This document shows, one piece after another, positions 1 through 10,695 of a DNA stretch of 64,000 nucleotides. This DNA is from a virus, in IMG/VR virus record IMGVR_UViG_3300042402_004372; one strand, given 5' to 3'. Under the pieces are notes generated by a model. That model was not told where the DNA came from. It made no database searches and was given only the letters and a program-made list of their open reading frames with translations. The translations under genes were made by a program, and so were the position numbers. Within the stretch, counting starts at the first letter, position 1. Every line of letters begins with the position of its first letter.

Positions 1-2046
1 TACACAGATGAATCTAATCCAACTGAGGAGTCTGTTGAATCATCACTGATAAGCGCTCCTAAGAAAAAAGCATACATTAGTGCTTCTCTAATTGAATGCT
101 TATTGATGATGACAGATGTGAATAAAGGTGTTAAAATAAATGGCACATTTGCTCTTAATAGAGCGGTGTTGTCAGAAAGCGATAAGACGAGTAGGCATTC
201 AAATCCAGAAAGTGGAATTGATAAGAATAATAAAAACTCTATATCTGATCATGTTTTTGGAAGAGCATTTGATATTAGATCAGTTGGTGACTATGGAGTA
301 ATAAGAGGCAAAGAGAGATACGCAATTGCCTTAGATATAGTTTTACAAAAGTTAAATACAATGCCACAACCCCTGATGCCAGATCTTATAGTTATCCATC
401 CAGACGTTGCAAAGGATAAGGGAATTGGAGAAGGCTATGAAAAAGTTGATACTGCAATCAAAACACAGTATCCAAATCTAAAATATGTTAACTTTGAATT
501 TGGTCCAGAGCATACGGAAAATATTCATATTAGCTTTAGCCCACAAAGAGGTGGTAAATACATTGGTTCTGGTGGCTGGAAAACCTCCGATGCTTCAGCT
601 CAAAAGTTTGATGAAAATGGAAACCCAGTAGACGATTCAGGAAGTGGGGCATCAGCAAAAGAAAAAGCCTATAAAAATTATAAAAATGGTGGTCCAGCAA
701 TAACACTATATGAATTATTTATAATGCTCTCTCAAGAAGGTCCATTTTCTGACGAGGCAGCAGCAATTTTTTGCGCTGTAGCAGGAAGAGAGAGTGGAGC
801 CAGTCCAGCAGGTTATAACGGCAAATGTTTCGATAACAAGACAAGTTGGGGTGGTGACGTTTCAATTGGAATGTTTCAGTATAATTTGATTTCCTTAATC
901 AAGAGGTCGACCAACGCATCAAACGACGTGCCAATTTACTATGATGGTTCTGCTGCAACAAAGCAATTAGTTAAAGCTCACAGGTTAATGTACTCTGCTA
1001 CTGAAGCTTCTTCCTGGGATCCCAACGCTGTAGCAAAAAAATTAGTAGAGATTTATAGTACAACCACTAATAAAGAGGCTTCAAAGTCTACTACCGATGA
1101 CAGGTTGTGGTTCCCAATTAATCAAGTTTGGATGCTAATGGATAAGTGGGGCAGAAAAGATTTTAAAAACGTAAATAAGATAGATGCATCTAATGGTTTT
1201 TTCCATTGGGGAGATTATGATAACTCAGATAAAACACCAAGATCTGATTGTGGATTTATATTCGGAACAAAATTTCAAAATGCTGTTAACGTATATTTAA
1301 CAACAGGAAAACCTATAGAAACACTAGAAGATTGGGTTAGAGTAAATTTTAAAAAGAATAATAAAAGAACAATAAACTATATAGAACAGTGGATGGATGG
1401 AACTGTTTTCTATGATCACGCTAAAGATGGTTCGTTGATAAACGAAGAAGATAGTGGAGTCATTACATATGAGGTAAATGTAGTTGAAAAACAAGGTGCT
1501 AGTGGAGATGGGTCTCCCGCATCTTTCACTAAGTACCAAATTGAAGAAGCTGCAGACTGGATTAGCACTAATAAGATTCCTCAATGGCTTGCTAAGTATC
1601 GTCCAGATCTTGAAGGAAACTTTGGTTGCGATAGATTTGCCAGAGTTCTTTCAGCTGCTTTGGGATTATTTGGTACAGCTCAAACTGCACTATTTACAGA
1701 TGAGTGGGGAACTGCCGGCAATGCACCTGAGTATACGGTGCCTACGCCTACTCTTAGCTCATTCCCAACAGCAGGAGAACACTTATCCAATCTGATATCT
1801 AGCTCCTCATTTTATAAACCAGAGACTGAAAACGGAAAGAACCCACCAGCTGGTTATTTGGTATTTTGGCAGGGTGGGACTGATGACTATGGCCACGTAG
1901 GGGTTTCAATAGGAAATGGTCAGTACGTTGACCAGCATGATGAAAGTGAAGGGTCTGATAGACCAAGACCAAGAAATATAAATTCAACGATTTTCCCAGG
2001 AAGTAAGTATACCTATGCTGGAGCATCGTCTGCATGGAGTGCATAA
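1..2046 (+). CDS. Tail/baseplate-associated multi-domain peptidoglycan hydrolase (M15-like peptidase + lytic transglycosylase-like + NlpC/P60), 5'-truncated
   Basis: Frame is open from base 1. Motifs: SDHVFGRAFDI...HISF (M15 SxHxxGxAxD..H), AVAGRESG...SIGMFQYN (SLT/lysozyme-like), GCDRFA...GHVGVSIGNG (NlpC/P60 Cys-His). Lies directly upstream of baseplate genes. Confidence 0.7.
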   Translation, partial: YTDESNPTEESVESSLISAPKKKAYISASLIECLLMMTDVNKGVKINGTFALNRAVLSESDKTSRHSNPESGIDKNNKNSISDHVFGRAFDIRSVGDYGVIRGKERYAIALDIVLQKLNTMPQPLMPDLIVIHPDVAKDKGIGEGYEKVDTAIKTQYPNLKYVNFEFGPEHTENIHISFSPQRGGKYIGSGGWKTSDASAQKFDENGNPVDDSGSGASAKEKAYKNYKNGGPAITLYELFIMLSQEGPFSDEAAAIFCAVAGRESGASPAGYNGKCFDNKTSWGGDVSIGMFQYNLISLIKRSTNASNDVPIYYDGSAATKQLVKAHRLMYSATEASSWDPNAVAKKLVEIYSTTTNKEASKSTTDDRLWFPINQVWMLMDKWGRKDFKNVNKIDASNGFFHWGDYDNSDKTPRSDCGFIFGTKFQNAVNVYLTTGKPIETLEDWVRVNFKKNNKRTINYIEQWMDGTVFYDHAKDGSLINEEDSGVITYEVNVVEKQGASGDGSPASFTKYQIEEAADWISTNKIPQWLAKYRPDLEGNFGCDRFARVLSAALGLFGTAQTALFTDEWGTAGNAPEYTVPTPTLSSFPTAGEHLSNLISSSSFYKPETENGKNPPAGYLVFWQGGTDDYGHVGVSIGNGQYVDQHDESEGSDRPRPRNINSTIFPGSKYTYAGASSAWSA

Positions 2047-2057
2047 GGAGATAGAGT

Positions 2058-2420
2058 ATGAAACAGTATCCAAAATTTGATGAAAAATTAAATTCACACA
2101 TTAGCAATAATCAGCTTCAGCAATCTAAGACAAGATCTGGAACTATTATGTCATACAATAAGATGAATAATACGGCTGTAATTATCTTAGACGATAGGAT
2201 GACAAATCAAGTTGGCAACATAATAAGAGGAGTCCCATGCCCATCAACTCTTGGTGTACAAAGTGTTGCGCCAACAGCTGGTACAAGATGCATAATCGGT
2301 TTTGCCGATGCCAATGAAAGATTTCCGCATATAGTATCATATATAGACGATACAAATAGCGTAGGAAGATATATGCCCAACTACAGTGTAGACACTGGTG
2401 TACCAAAGTTTATGGTTTAA
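2058..2420 (+). CDS. Putative baseplate spike/OB-fold protein
   Basis: AGGAG SD; position before gp25-like and J genes; 'P..GTRCIIGF' resembles gpV/gp5 OB-fold. Confidence 0.45.
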   Translation: MKQYPKFDEKLNSHISNNQLQQSKTRSGTIMSYNKMNNTAVIILDDRMTNQVGNIIRGVPCPSTLGVQSVAPTAGTRCIIGFADANERFPHIVSYIDDTNSVGRYMPNYSVDTGVPKFMV

Positions 2421-2421
2421 A

Positions 2422-3126
2422 ATGTCAGAAAAAATTCACGCACAAAAGTCTTTCGAATCAGTAGCTGGCAAGACCGCTTCTGAGTTAGATGAATTAAGTA
2501 GGAGAAAAAACTTTTCCCAAAGAGAAGTAGGACTTACTCATCCGGACAATTCATCTTTTATAAGACTAACTGATTCTGGTGATATAGAAATATTTTCAGC
2601 GCCTGGAGTAGGTATAGTTATAAATGGATCAACAAAAACCATTTCTCTTTTTGCGGATAATATTAAGTTTTTTACAAAAGAAGATGGTTTAAAATGGAAC
2701 TCCATGGAATTTAATCATTCGGCAACTGTGTTTTCGGAGCCAGCATTTGTCAGCGCAAATGATAAATCTTATAATCCAGCTTTTTTAAATATGGATCATT
2801 ATATAAAGAATTTAGATTTAATAGACCAAGAAGATTCACAACAAGCAGTTACTATTAACGGCAGCTACGCCTATAGGGAAACCACTAACACTGATGTTGT
2901 ATCGGTGGATGTGTTAGAAAATTCTTCATTAGATAATGATTTTACAAAAGAAGATATTATTAAATTAGATTCTTTTTGGGATAGGAACGCCTCTGCATTG
3001 TTTAACGCAGTGAGTATATCAAAGGCTAATTTAACGAATAGAATAAGAGACCTAATGTCTAATGGGCGTTCGATAGACCAGGCATTAGATATTTTTAAAG
3101 AAAGCATAGGAGATAATAATGTCTGA
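2422..3126 (+). CDS. Putative baseplate assembly protein (gpV-like beta-strand region)
   Basis: HPDNSSFIRLTDSGDIEI beta-repeat pattern and synteny. Start moved to ATG 2422, just after the previous stop. Confidence 0.45.
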   Translation: MSEKIHAQKSFESVAGKTASELDELSRRKNFSQREVGLTHPDNSSFIRLTDSGDIEIFSAPGVGIVINGSTKTISLFADNIKFFTKEDGLKWNSMEFNHSATVFSEPAFVSANDKSYNPAFLNMDHYIKNLDLIDQEDSQQAVTINGSYAYRETTNTDVVSVDVLENSSLDNDFTKEDIIKLDSFWDRNASALFNAVSISKANLTNRIRDLMSNGRSIDQALDIFKESIGDNNV

Positions 3127-3499
3127 TTTTTACATCAGCCTTAGCGGTGATTTAGTAGTAAATGGATCTGGAGATTTGGGCTTAGTTCAATCTATGTCAG
3201 AAAAAGATATACAGCATGTATATATGAGGTTAATGACTGAGCCAGGTGACTTCTTCATCTACCCTCAACTAGGGACTCAACTGTCGATGCTATACGGAAT
3301 GCCTCAAAACCCTCAAACTGGCGACTTCGGTAAAAGATTAATTCGTGCAGCCCTAGAAAGAGAAGGGGTTTTTAAAAACAGACAAATTACTATTGAGGCA
3401 GTACCGGTTTCCGCAGATTCTATTAGGTTTGATGTTTACCTAATGGGTGATTTAAATGAACCTACGATATTGTCAATAACACAAGACTTAGGAGCCTAG
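3119..3499 (+). CDS. Baseplate wedge protein, gp25/DUF2634-like
   Basis: GDL..V...QHVYMRLMTEPG....P.LG pattern; 126 aa; immediately before baseplate J. Confidence 0.75.
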   Translation: MSDFYISLSGDLVVNGSGDLGLVQSMSEKDIQHVYMRLMTEPGDFFIYPQLGTQLSMLYGMPQNPQTGDFGKRLIRAALEREGVFKNRQITIEAVPVSADSIRFDVYLMGDLNEPTILSITQDLGA

Positions 3500-3500
3500 A

Positions 3501-4661
3501 GTGGTATCAGTTAATATAAAGAGTAAAGAGCAAATGCTGGTAGCCACTCTTAATGCTCTGCAAAAAAACGCAGGAATTAGCGCTATTTCTCCTGGATCAA
3601 TAGCCAGAGCTTTTGCGGAAGCAATTCATTCTGAAATTAGCGATCTTTACAACTCCTTAAAGGTGAGTATAGAGCAGTCTAATCTTTCAACAGCTTCAGG
3701 AATCAACCTAGATATGATAGGCGCCTTGTATAATGTACAGCGTAGAACGATATCATCTGAACTAGTCCCAGAAAGAGTTACTGGAAATATAGAATTTTAT
3801 TTAAATACAACTCACAGTTCAACCGTAACCATTCCAAAGGGAACGCTCGTATATAATGATACGACAGCATTTTCTTCAACCCAATATCAGTATGAACTAA
3901 ATTCAGATATCGTTATAACAACGGGTAATACAAGAGCCTATGGGTCAGTTAAGGCAAAATTTGCAGACAACAATGTAACTGCAGCTAGAAACACCCTGGT
4001 AAGACATAATTTTATATCACCTCCGGGTATTGTAGTTTACTGCAACAACCCGAAGGAAGTTTATAGTAGCCTAAACTCAGAATCTGATGACAACTACAGA
4101 AGAAGAATAGTTTCAGCAATTAGAGGCTCTGCGTCAGGCACTGCAGAGTCTGTTAGATTTGCAGCCTTGTCAGTTAAGGGTGTAAGGGATGTAAAAATAA
4201 GAGAAGCCTCTCTTGGTGTTGGAACATGTGACATAGTTGTTATACCAGAAACTCAAGCTGGAATAAGTATAATGAGTCAGTTGGTTTACGAAAAAATTAA
4301 AGCAGTTAAACCAGTTGGTATCAATATGAATCTTAGAATAGCCACTAAAAAATTAGTAAATGTTTCAGCTACCTTGACCCTAAGAGAAGGAACAACGGGA
4401 GCAATTGCTAGGAGCGTAGAAAATCAATCAAAGATTTTCTTAAATAGATATTTAAATAGTCTCACAATTGGTGACTCAGTTTCAATATCAGAAATAGAAA
4501 GACAGATGAAGCTTTCTTCAGAGTTAATCATGTCTGTCACTGTTAGTAACATTAAGGTAGACAATAGAAATATACCCAATAAAGATTATAGACTATCTGA
4601 TGATAAAAGTTACATGGCTGCTGGTACGCTTAGCCTATTCTCTGTTATAATGGGAGCGTAA
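3501..4661 (+). CDS. Baseplate J-like protein
   Basis: STASGINLDMIG...RR, TIPKGT, ESDDNYRRRI...GT, GVRDVK, KPVG motifs typical of Baseplate_J. Confidence 0.88.
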   Translation: MVSVNIKSKEQMLVATLNALQKNAGISAISPGSIARAFAEAIHSEISDLYNSLKVSIEQSNLSTASGINLDMIGALYNVQRRTISSELVPERVTGNIEFYLNTTHSSTVTIPKGTLVYNDTTAFSSTQYQYELNSDIVITTGNTRAYGSVKAKFADNNVTAARNTLVRHNFISPPGIVVYCNNPKEVYSSLNSESDDNYRRRIVSAIRGSASGTAESVRFAALSVKGVRDVKIREASLGVGTCDIVVIPETQAGISIMSQLVYEKIKAVKPVGINMNLRIATKKLVNVSATLTLREGTTGAIARSVENQSKIFLNRYLNSLTIGDSVSISEIERQMKLSSELIMSVTVSNIKVDNRNIPNKDYRLSDDKSYMAAGTLSLFSVIMGA

Positions 4662-4684
4662 ACTAGTAGAAAAGGTGTAAATTA

Positions 4685-5902
4685 ATGTCTGAACAAACTT
4701 ACTCTGTTATAAGAAAGCAGATAGTAAAAGCAAAAAACATGACCCATGCAAGAATGGTATCAGAAGGATATGATAACTTTCCTGGCGAAGTGCTACATGA
4801 TGATTGCGAAATAATAGAAACTGGAATAACAGAAGTGTGGAACGAAGAAGAGCAAGACGCTCAAATCTTCTTAGATAGTCATGAAGCCACAGCCGCTGAT
4901 CAATCTATCTTTTTAAGATCTGAGAATAGACGTTTGGCTAAAATAGCTGAAAAGAATAAGAACGTAAAAGATGAAACAGTTTATGCAGTATATCAAGCTG
5001 CATTCGATGCTTTTTCATCTATAGAAACTGCTCCCATTAAAGGCCCAACACTTAAGGTGTTACCAGGGGTTCCTGAAACAGCAGTAGCGGTATTTGCGGA
5101 TTGGCAATTGGGTAAGATAACTCCTGATTATAACTCTGAAGTTTTGGCAGAAAGAATAGAAGTTTATACTCAGAAACTGCTAGAAATAACGGAAATACAA
5201 AGGAAGCATCATCCTGTTAAGAATCTTCACGTATGGCTATTGGGTGACATCGTAGAGGGTGAAGAAATATTCCCAGGACAAGCTCACCTTATAGATTCTG
5301 GACTCTATAGACAAGTAGGCGTTAACGGTCCAGCAATTCTGAGCAAGTTCTTTGACACTGTATTGCAACACTTTGAGCATGTACATGTTACTGGCGTGAT
5401 AGGAAATCACGGCGCAGTAGGCGGACGTGGTAGAAAGATGCATGATCCAGAAACAAATATGGACAGACTGCTTTACAAGTCGATGGAATTCTTTTACAAA
5501 GAAGGAAGACAAGAGCCAAGAATAACCTTTAATATTCCAGATGGAAAAGGCGAAAGACACTGGTATGCTGTAGACACTATAGGTAACTACAGTTCCTTGC
5601 TAATTCATGGTGATCAAATGCCTGCACCAGGACAATATCACGGCTACTATAAGAGGGCAATGGGGTGGAAAGATGGCGCAATCCCAGAGCACTTTGAAGA
5701 TATATTTATGGGCCACTATCATCAGCAATTTAAAATGACCATAGGTAGCTCAATGCTCAGGGTCTCAGGTTCACCAGAAAGCTACAACACCTATGCTCAA
5801 GAGTATTTTTCCTCAATGAGCAGACCGTGTCAGCATTTGATGTTCGTTCACCCTGAGAATGGAGTTACTTGCGAATACAGCATTTGGCTAGATGCGGTTT
5901 AG
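4685..5902 (+). CDS. Calcineurin-like metallophosphoesterase
   Basis: ADWQ, LGDIVEG, GNHG, HGD and GHYH metallophosphoesterase motifs. Confidence 0.85.
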   Translation: MSEQTYSVIRKQIVKAKNMTHARMVSEGYDNFPGEVLHDDCEIIETGITEVWNEEEQDAQIFLDSHEATAADQSIFLRSENRRLAKIAEKNKNVKDETVYAVYQAAFDAFSSIETAPIKGPTLKVLPGVPETAVAVFADWQLGKITPDYNSEVLAERIEVYTQKLLEITEIQRKHHPVKNLHVWLLGDIVEGEEIFPGQAHLIDSGLYRQVGVNGPAILSKFFDTVLQHFEHVHVTGVIGNHGAVGGRGRKMHDPETNMDRLLYKSMEFFYKEGRQEPRITFNIPDGKGERHWYAVDTIGNYSSLLIHGDQMPAPGQYHGYYKRAMGWKDGAIPEHFEDIFMGHYHQQFKMTIGSSMLRVSGSPESYNTYAQEYFSSMSRPCQHLMFVHPENGVTCEYSIWLDAV

Positions 5903-5913
5903 GAATTTAATAA

Positions 5914-8900
5914 ATGAAAACCTATTTGTTAAACTTTAACACTGGAGACTTCACTAAGAGTAATAATTTGTGGACCTCCAGTGTAATTGACCTTTATTCA
6001 AATAAGTTTTATAAAAACTTCTCATACACTAGGTCAGCAACTGGTTTAAATTCACTAGGTGATTACACTTATACTGGAACTAGCATAATACAAGGCGCCA
6101 CTCCAACCATAGAAGGTGCGTATGCAGTTACTGACGCTGGAGAACTATATCTTGATCCTGGCGTAAGTCCCCATCTAATCTTTAATTCAAACTCAGTCAG
6201 CGGTGACAGCCTTGTTTTTGATGCAGACAACAGTTCAACACCAATTTTTACAGCTGATTCAGAAGAAGATTATCTCTATAGATTTATAGATACAACCTCC
6301 CGTATTGATATAAGAACTTTTAAAGGAGCTTTTTCTAGTTCTTTAAACAGTATTGAATCAATTACTTTTGATTTAAATATATACGAATCAGACAGCCAAA
6401 ATCGGACCATGGCTACTAGCAGTAACTACCACTTCTAATGCCTTAGGATCAATACTTCTATCAAAAGACGTAAAGCGATATGCAAAATTTGAAGTAGTAG
6501 TAAATACAGAATTAGAAGTATTAACATCTTTAAGTTTTCTTCTTATAATAGAAGTAGCTATATCGGAACCTTCTAACCCAGTAATTTCACGTTCAACAAA
6601 AAATGTACTAGGCAGATTCCCTTCATGGATGCACCTATATGAGGACTCAATAGATCAGGCTACCCCCAGTTTATATGTACCAAAGTCAACGGCTGGCAAA
6701 TTTTTAAATGCGGTTGTTGGTGAAGACTTAGATAATTTTGACAGAGAAATAGATATATTTAGAATCAACTCTTTCATAGAAAGAGCTGACGTTAATCAAT
6801 TAGCCTGGTTGTATTCTTCTACGAATATAACAAATGTTTTTAATAAAGTATTATCTAATGGAGTTTTGGAACTTGCAAGAATTGATAATCTTGTTGATTT
6901 CTATAAATTAAAAGCATCTGATGATGTTTTCTATCACAACCCTTTAAATAGGGAAATTCTAACAATAAAATCATATGGAGATCTCTCAATAAAGAGCGAA
7001 AATACTGGAGTCGTAACTCCCTTAACTCAAACACCAATATTAAGATACAACTGGTTTGATGAAATGGGTGCAAGAGTTGGCTTATTTAGAATGCATCTTG
7101 AATCGAATGTTTCCTATAAGGAAAGGATTTTAGATGTATTTAAAAATCCAAATGGCGCCGATATAGAATCATTTAAAAAAGTTCTTAGAAGAGAGTTGAA
7201 TCTTTGGAAGGCTTTTGGCGCTACTCCGTCTTCTAGCTATCCAGGTGCAACACCTGAAATTTTAGAAATATCAGATATAGAATATTCAACTCCATATTTT
7301 ACTGCAGATGGTAATCCAACTGATCTATTTAAAAAATTAGTAGATGATTTAAATGTAAGATACCCTACAAATTGGGGATACTTTAGATTTGGAGATAGCA
7401 TTTGGGACTACGCTGGAGAGGATAATGAAGGCGTTAATAGAATCCGCTCTAGATACTATGATGAAGAAATTGCAATACCATATTATCAACCAGGAGTTGG
7501 AGACTTAAATGACGCTGGATTATTTGTCACTAACTATGATGCAACTCCTCAGTTTTTTGAAACTTCAATAGTTGCTAAGGGTAAAAAAAATGTTAGCACT
7601 TCTTTAAAGTATGAACCAGTAAAACTTCAGTATGAGTATTACGGTTCCTATGAAATTACCGAATACAATAATCCAGCAGCTACTGTAAATTTAACTCTTG
7701 AATTTAGCGCTACCCCGCACGGATCATACGCAACGCCAATAACATTTTTTGCGCCGCTCACATTCTATCCAAAGAATAATTTTGGTCCAACTCACTCAGC
7801 TTACCCGGAATATAATTCTATAGAAATATTTGATACAGAAGGATATGTTTCATCAAAATATTCACTAAAAGAAAAACAAACATTATCTGGATATAAAGAT
7901 ACAAAAAGTTCAATTAAAACATCTAGATTAGAAGTGTCTGAAATAGAAAACATAGTTATTAAAAATGGATTATGGAATGGCTCAACTTATGCAACGCCAA
8001 ACTCTAATAACTTTGAAGCAAAGTTTTCTCACAGAACTGCGAATCTAATAAGCAGTACGACGTTATTATCAGCAACACCAAACTTTGCCCAAAGTACGCA
8101 ACTGCAACTTCTTTCAAAACTATACAATCCAGTTCAAGTAACCAAATATACAACTCCTCAAGAGTCTGAAATTATAATTAATAATGTTGCTACACCACCA
8201 AGTGGTTATTCAATTGATCATAATAGAATTGTCTCTAATATAATCATGCCAGTAGGAGCAACGCCAAGACAGATATTTATTAATAACTTGAAACCAACAA
8301 GCGTAGACTTAGATTACCTTGATGACAATTCAGTTTTCTCTGGCTATGGTGGTGTTTCTTATTATCTAGAAACTGACAGAGAAGTATTTATTCCATCTTC
8401 ACCTAACTTAAGCATAAGATTTAATAGTTCAAATCTTGCAACACCTAGCTCTAATGCTAAAATTGGAACAACTACAGTAAACGGATCTGCCGCGACTGCA
8501 TCATATTACTTTACTCAACTTAGCTATCCATATACCAGTACTCCGAATTCACTTACGGTATCAACTCAAGATAGCTCAATCTATCCATTTGAGATAGTTA
8601 ATTGGGATCCCTTTGAACTAACACATGCTTCTCCTATCTCTGGATACGTTGATGAATATGGGGTAATAAGTTATAACTCGTTAAATGGTGAATATGTTCC
8701 AGGGAAAAATACTAATTATATTTCACTGCCAGAATTAACAAGAGAAGGTTTTGGTCTATCTGGTTCTGAAAAATTTAAATACTTCTTTGAAACAATTGAA
8801 GTTTTAGATCCTGAATCTGTAAATGTATCAGTTTGGTCAGAGCAAAAAATAGTTAATCCATTTCTAAATAGAACGTATGTATTGAATGCTAATGATATTT

Positions 8901-10693
8901 CTAGCATTTATGAAGACGCTAAATACACCACAAAGAGTTTAAGATATCCAGATAATTCAATTTCTGAATCATACGATTTAGAAAGAAATACTACAGTATT
9001 TAATAATTTTATAGTCAGAGGAAAGCTCTACGACGCAAGATTAGATGCCAGAATTAATACTGGTTGGATTCATTTAGACAATGATGAGTATTACGTCTAC
9101 GCTAAGCCGGTAACTGAAGTAGAAACTGGAGTATTAAAAGAGGTAACACTAAACAATACTCCTAGGCAGGGTGCTCCAGTCGTGGTAAATGTCTCTTTGC
9201 TTGGTTCAGCAACTCCTGAAATTTATACTGAGGTGGGATTCCCTGATGAGGCTTCTCCAAGGCATTTTGGATTCTATAATACAGAAGTACTACAGCCTAA
9301 ATTTGATAATAGCTTTCATCTTGGTTATAAAAATGTTTATAATCTTTCTATTACGGATGGTTACACTGGAGAGCTTCTATTCAGCAATCTTTCAACAAAT
9401 AATTCATTTATTAAGTTAGATAAATCTACATATGAATTTAAGAAGGATAGAGACTATTATATAAAGTATAAGGTTGTTAATTCGTATTATGTAGATAATA
9501 TCCTTGATGGTTCTTCATATTATTCAAAGATAGTTTTTGATGCTACTCCTAACGCTACAATGAACTATGAGATCACATATGAATCTTCGATATATCAAGA
9601 TTCAACACCTCTTGATCTGAATTTTGGACAGACAAGTTCGCTTTTAGAAAAGGGCTACGTAATTGCATCAAGTGCAACATATGACTTTGACAGAATAAGG
9701 GTAGTTGTTTCGCCAGGTTATATCTTGGACGATGGAAATGATTATATAACCATAAGCATAATTTCTTTAGATACTGAGGGAAACCCAAAACCATATCAAA
9801 GCTTTAGCCTTTCTTCTGAGCTGCATCAGCTTGCTTTTGATAACAGTATCATAACCACAGATGATGAAGGGTTTGCTTCTACGAATGCAGTTTACCAGAG
9901 TGGAAATATCGTTGAGAATAAGAATGTTAAAATCCTAATTAGCGGAGTGACATATCCAGCCAATCCATTAGCACACCCTGATAGTGAAACTAATGGATCT
10001 GTCTACACTGAGTTTATTCCAGTATATTCTTCAAGATTCGAAGATGCAGCATTGTTAGCTTCGGCAAACCCAAGCATTATTAATGCCGATGGAGTGTCAT
10101 CGACAACTATATCTGGAATATTAACAGCCGACAATGCACCAAGTGAAAATAGTGTAATTTACTGGAGAAAATCTAGATATCTATACTCAGCTTTAAACGA
10201 AGTATCATATAGTCAATCAACCTTAAGGCCAGATAAGAATACTACTTCAGGCATTGTTTATACTGACAATAATGGAAAATTTGAAATAGGTCCAATTCCT
10301 TCACAGGAAAGAGCTACTCCTGGATATTGGTTTATGGCTATCGATTCTGAGTTAGGCTCAACTCCATCCTTGACTCCGAATACATCAGTTGGCGATGTTC
10401 TATTCTGGTACGAATCTTACGATAATGTAGACATCAATTTTGTGCCTGGATTAAAGATACCTGATATAATTAACCATGATATTAGTAAATCGTTGAATAT
10501 ATATTCCACTCCAACGTTTAGAATTAGTTACTATAATGAAAACATAGTAGACAATACTGAATCGACGCCTAGATGGACGCCGCCACAATGGCTGCCAATT
10601 TCAAGATACGACCAGTATCAAGCTGGATATTTTGGTGCAACCCCATATGTTATTTCAGATTATTCTAACTTAATAAAGGATTATGAGGATTAA
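5914..10693 (+). CDS. Large virion (tail/baseplate) protein, ~1592 aa, joined across a +1 frameshift at CGG 6403; C-terminal Ig-like/invasin-type segments
   Basis: Frame 1 reads ...ESDSQN-CGG. Skipping C6403 gives GPWLLAV..., open without stops into ORF 6629..10693. ILDDGNDYITISI / INADGVSSTTISG resemble bacterial Ig-like domains. Confidence 0.7.
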
Positions 10694-10695
10694 TT

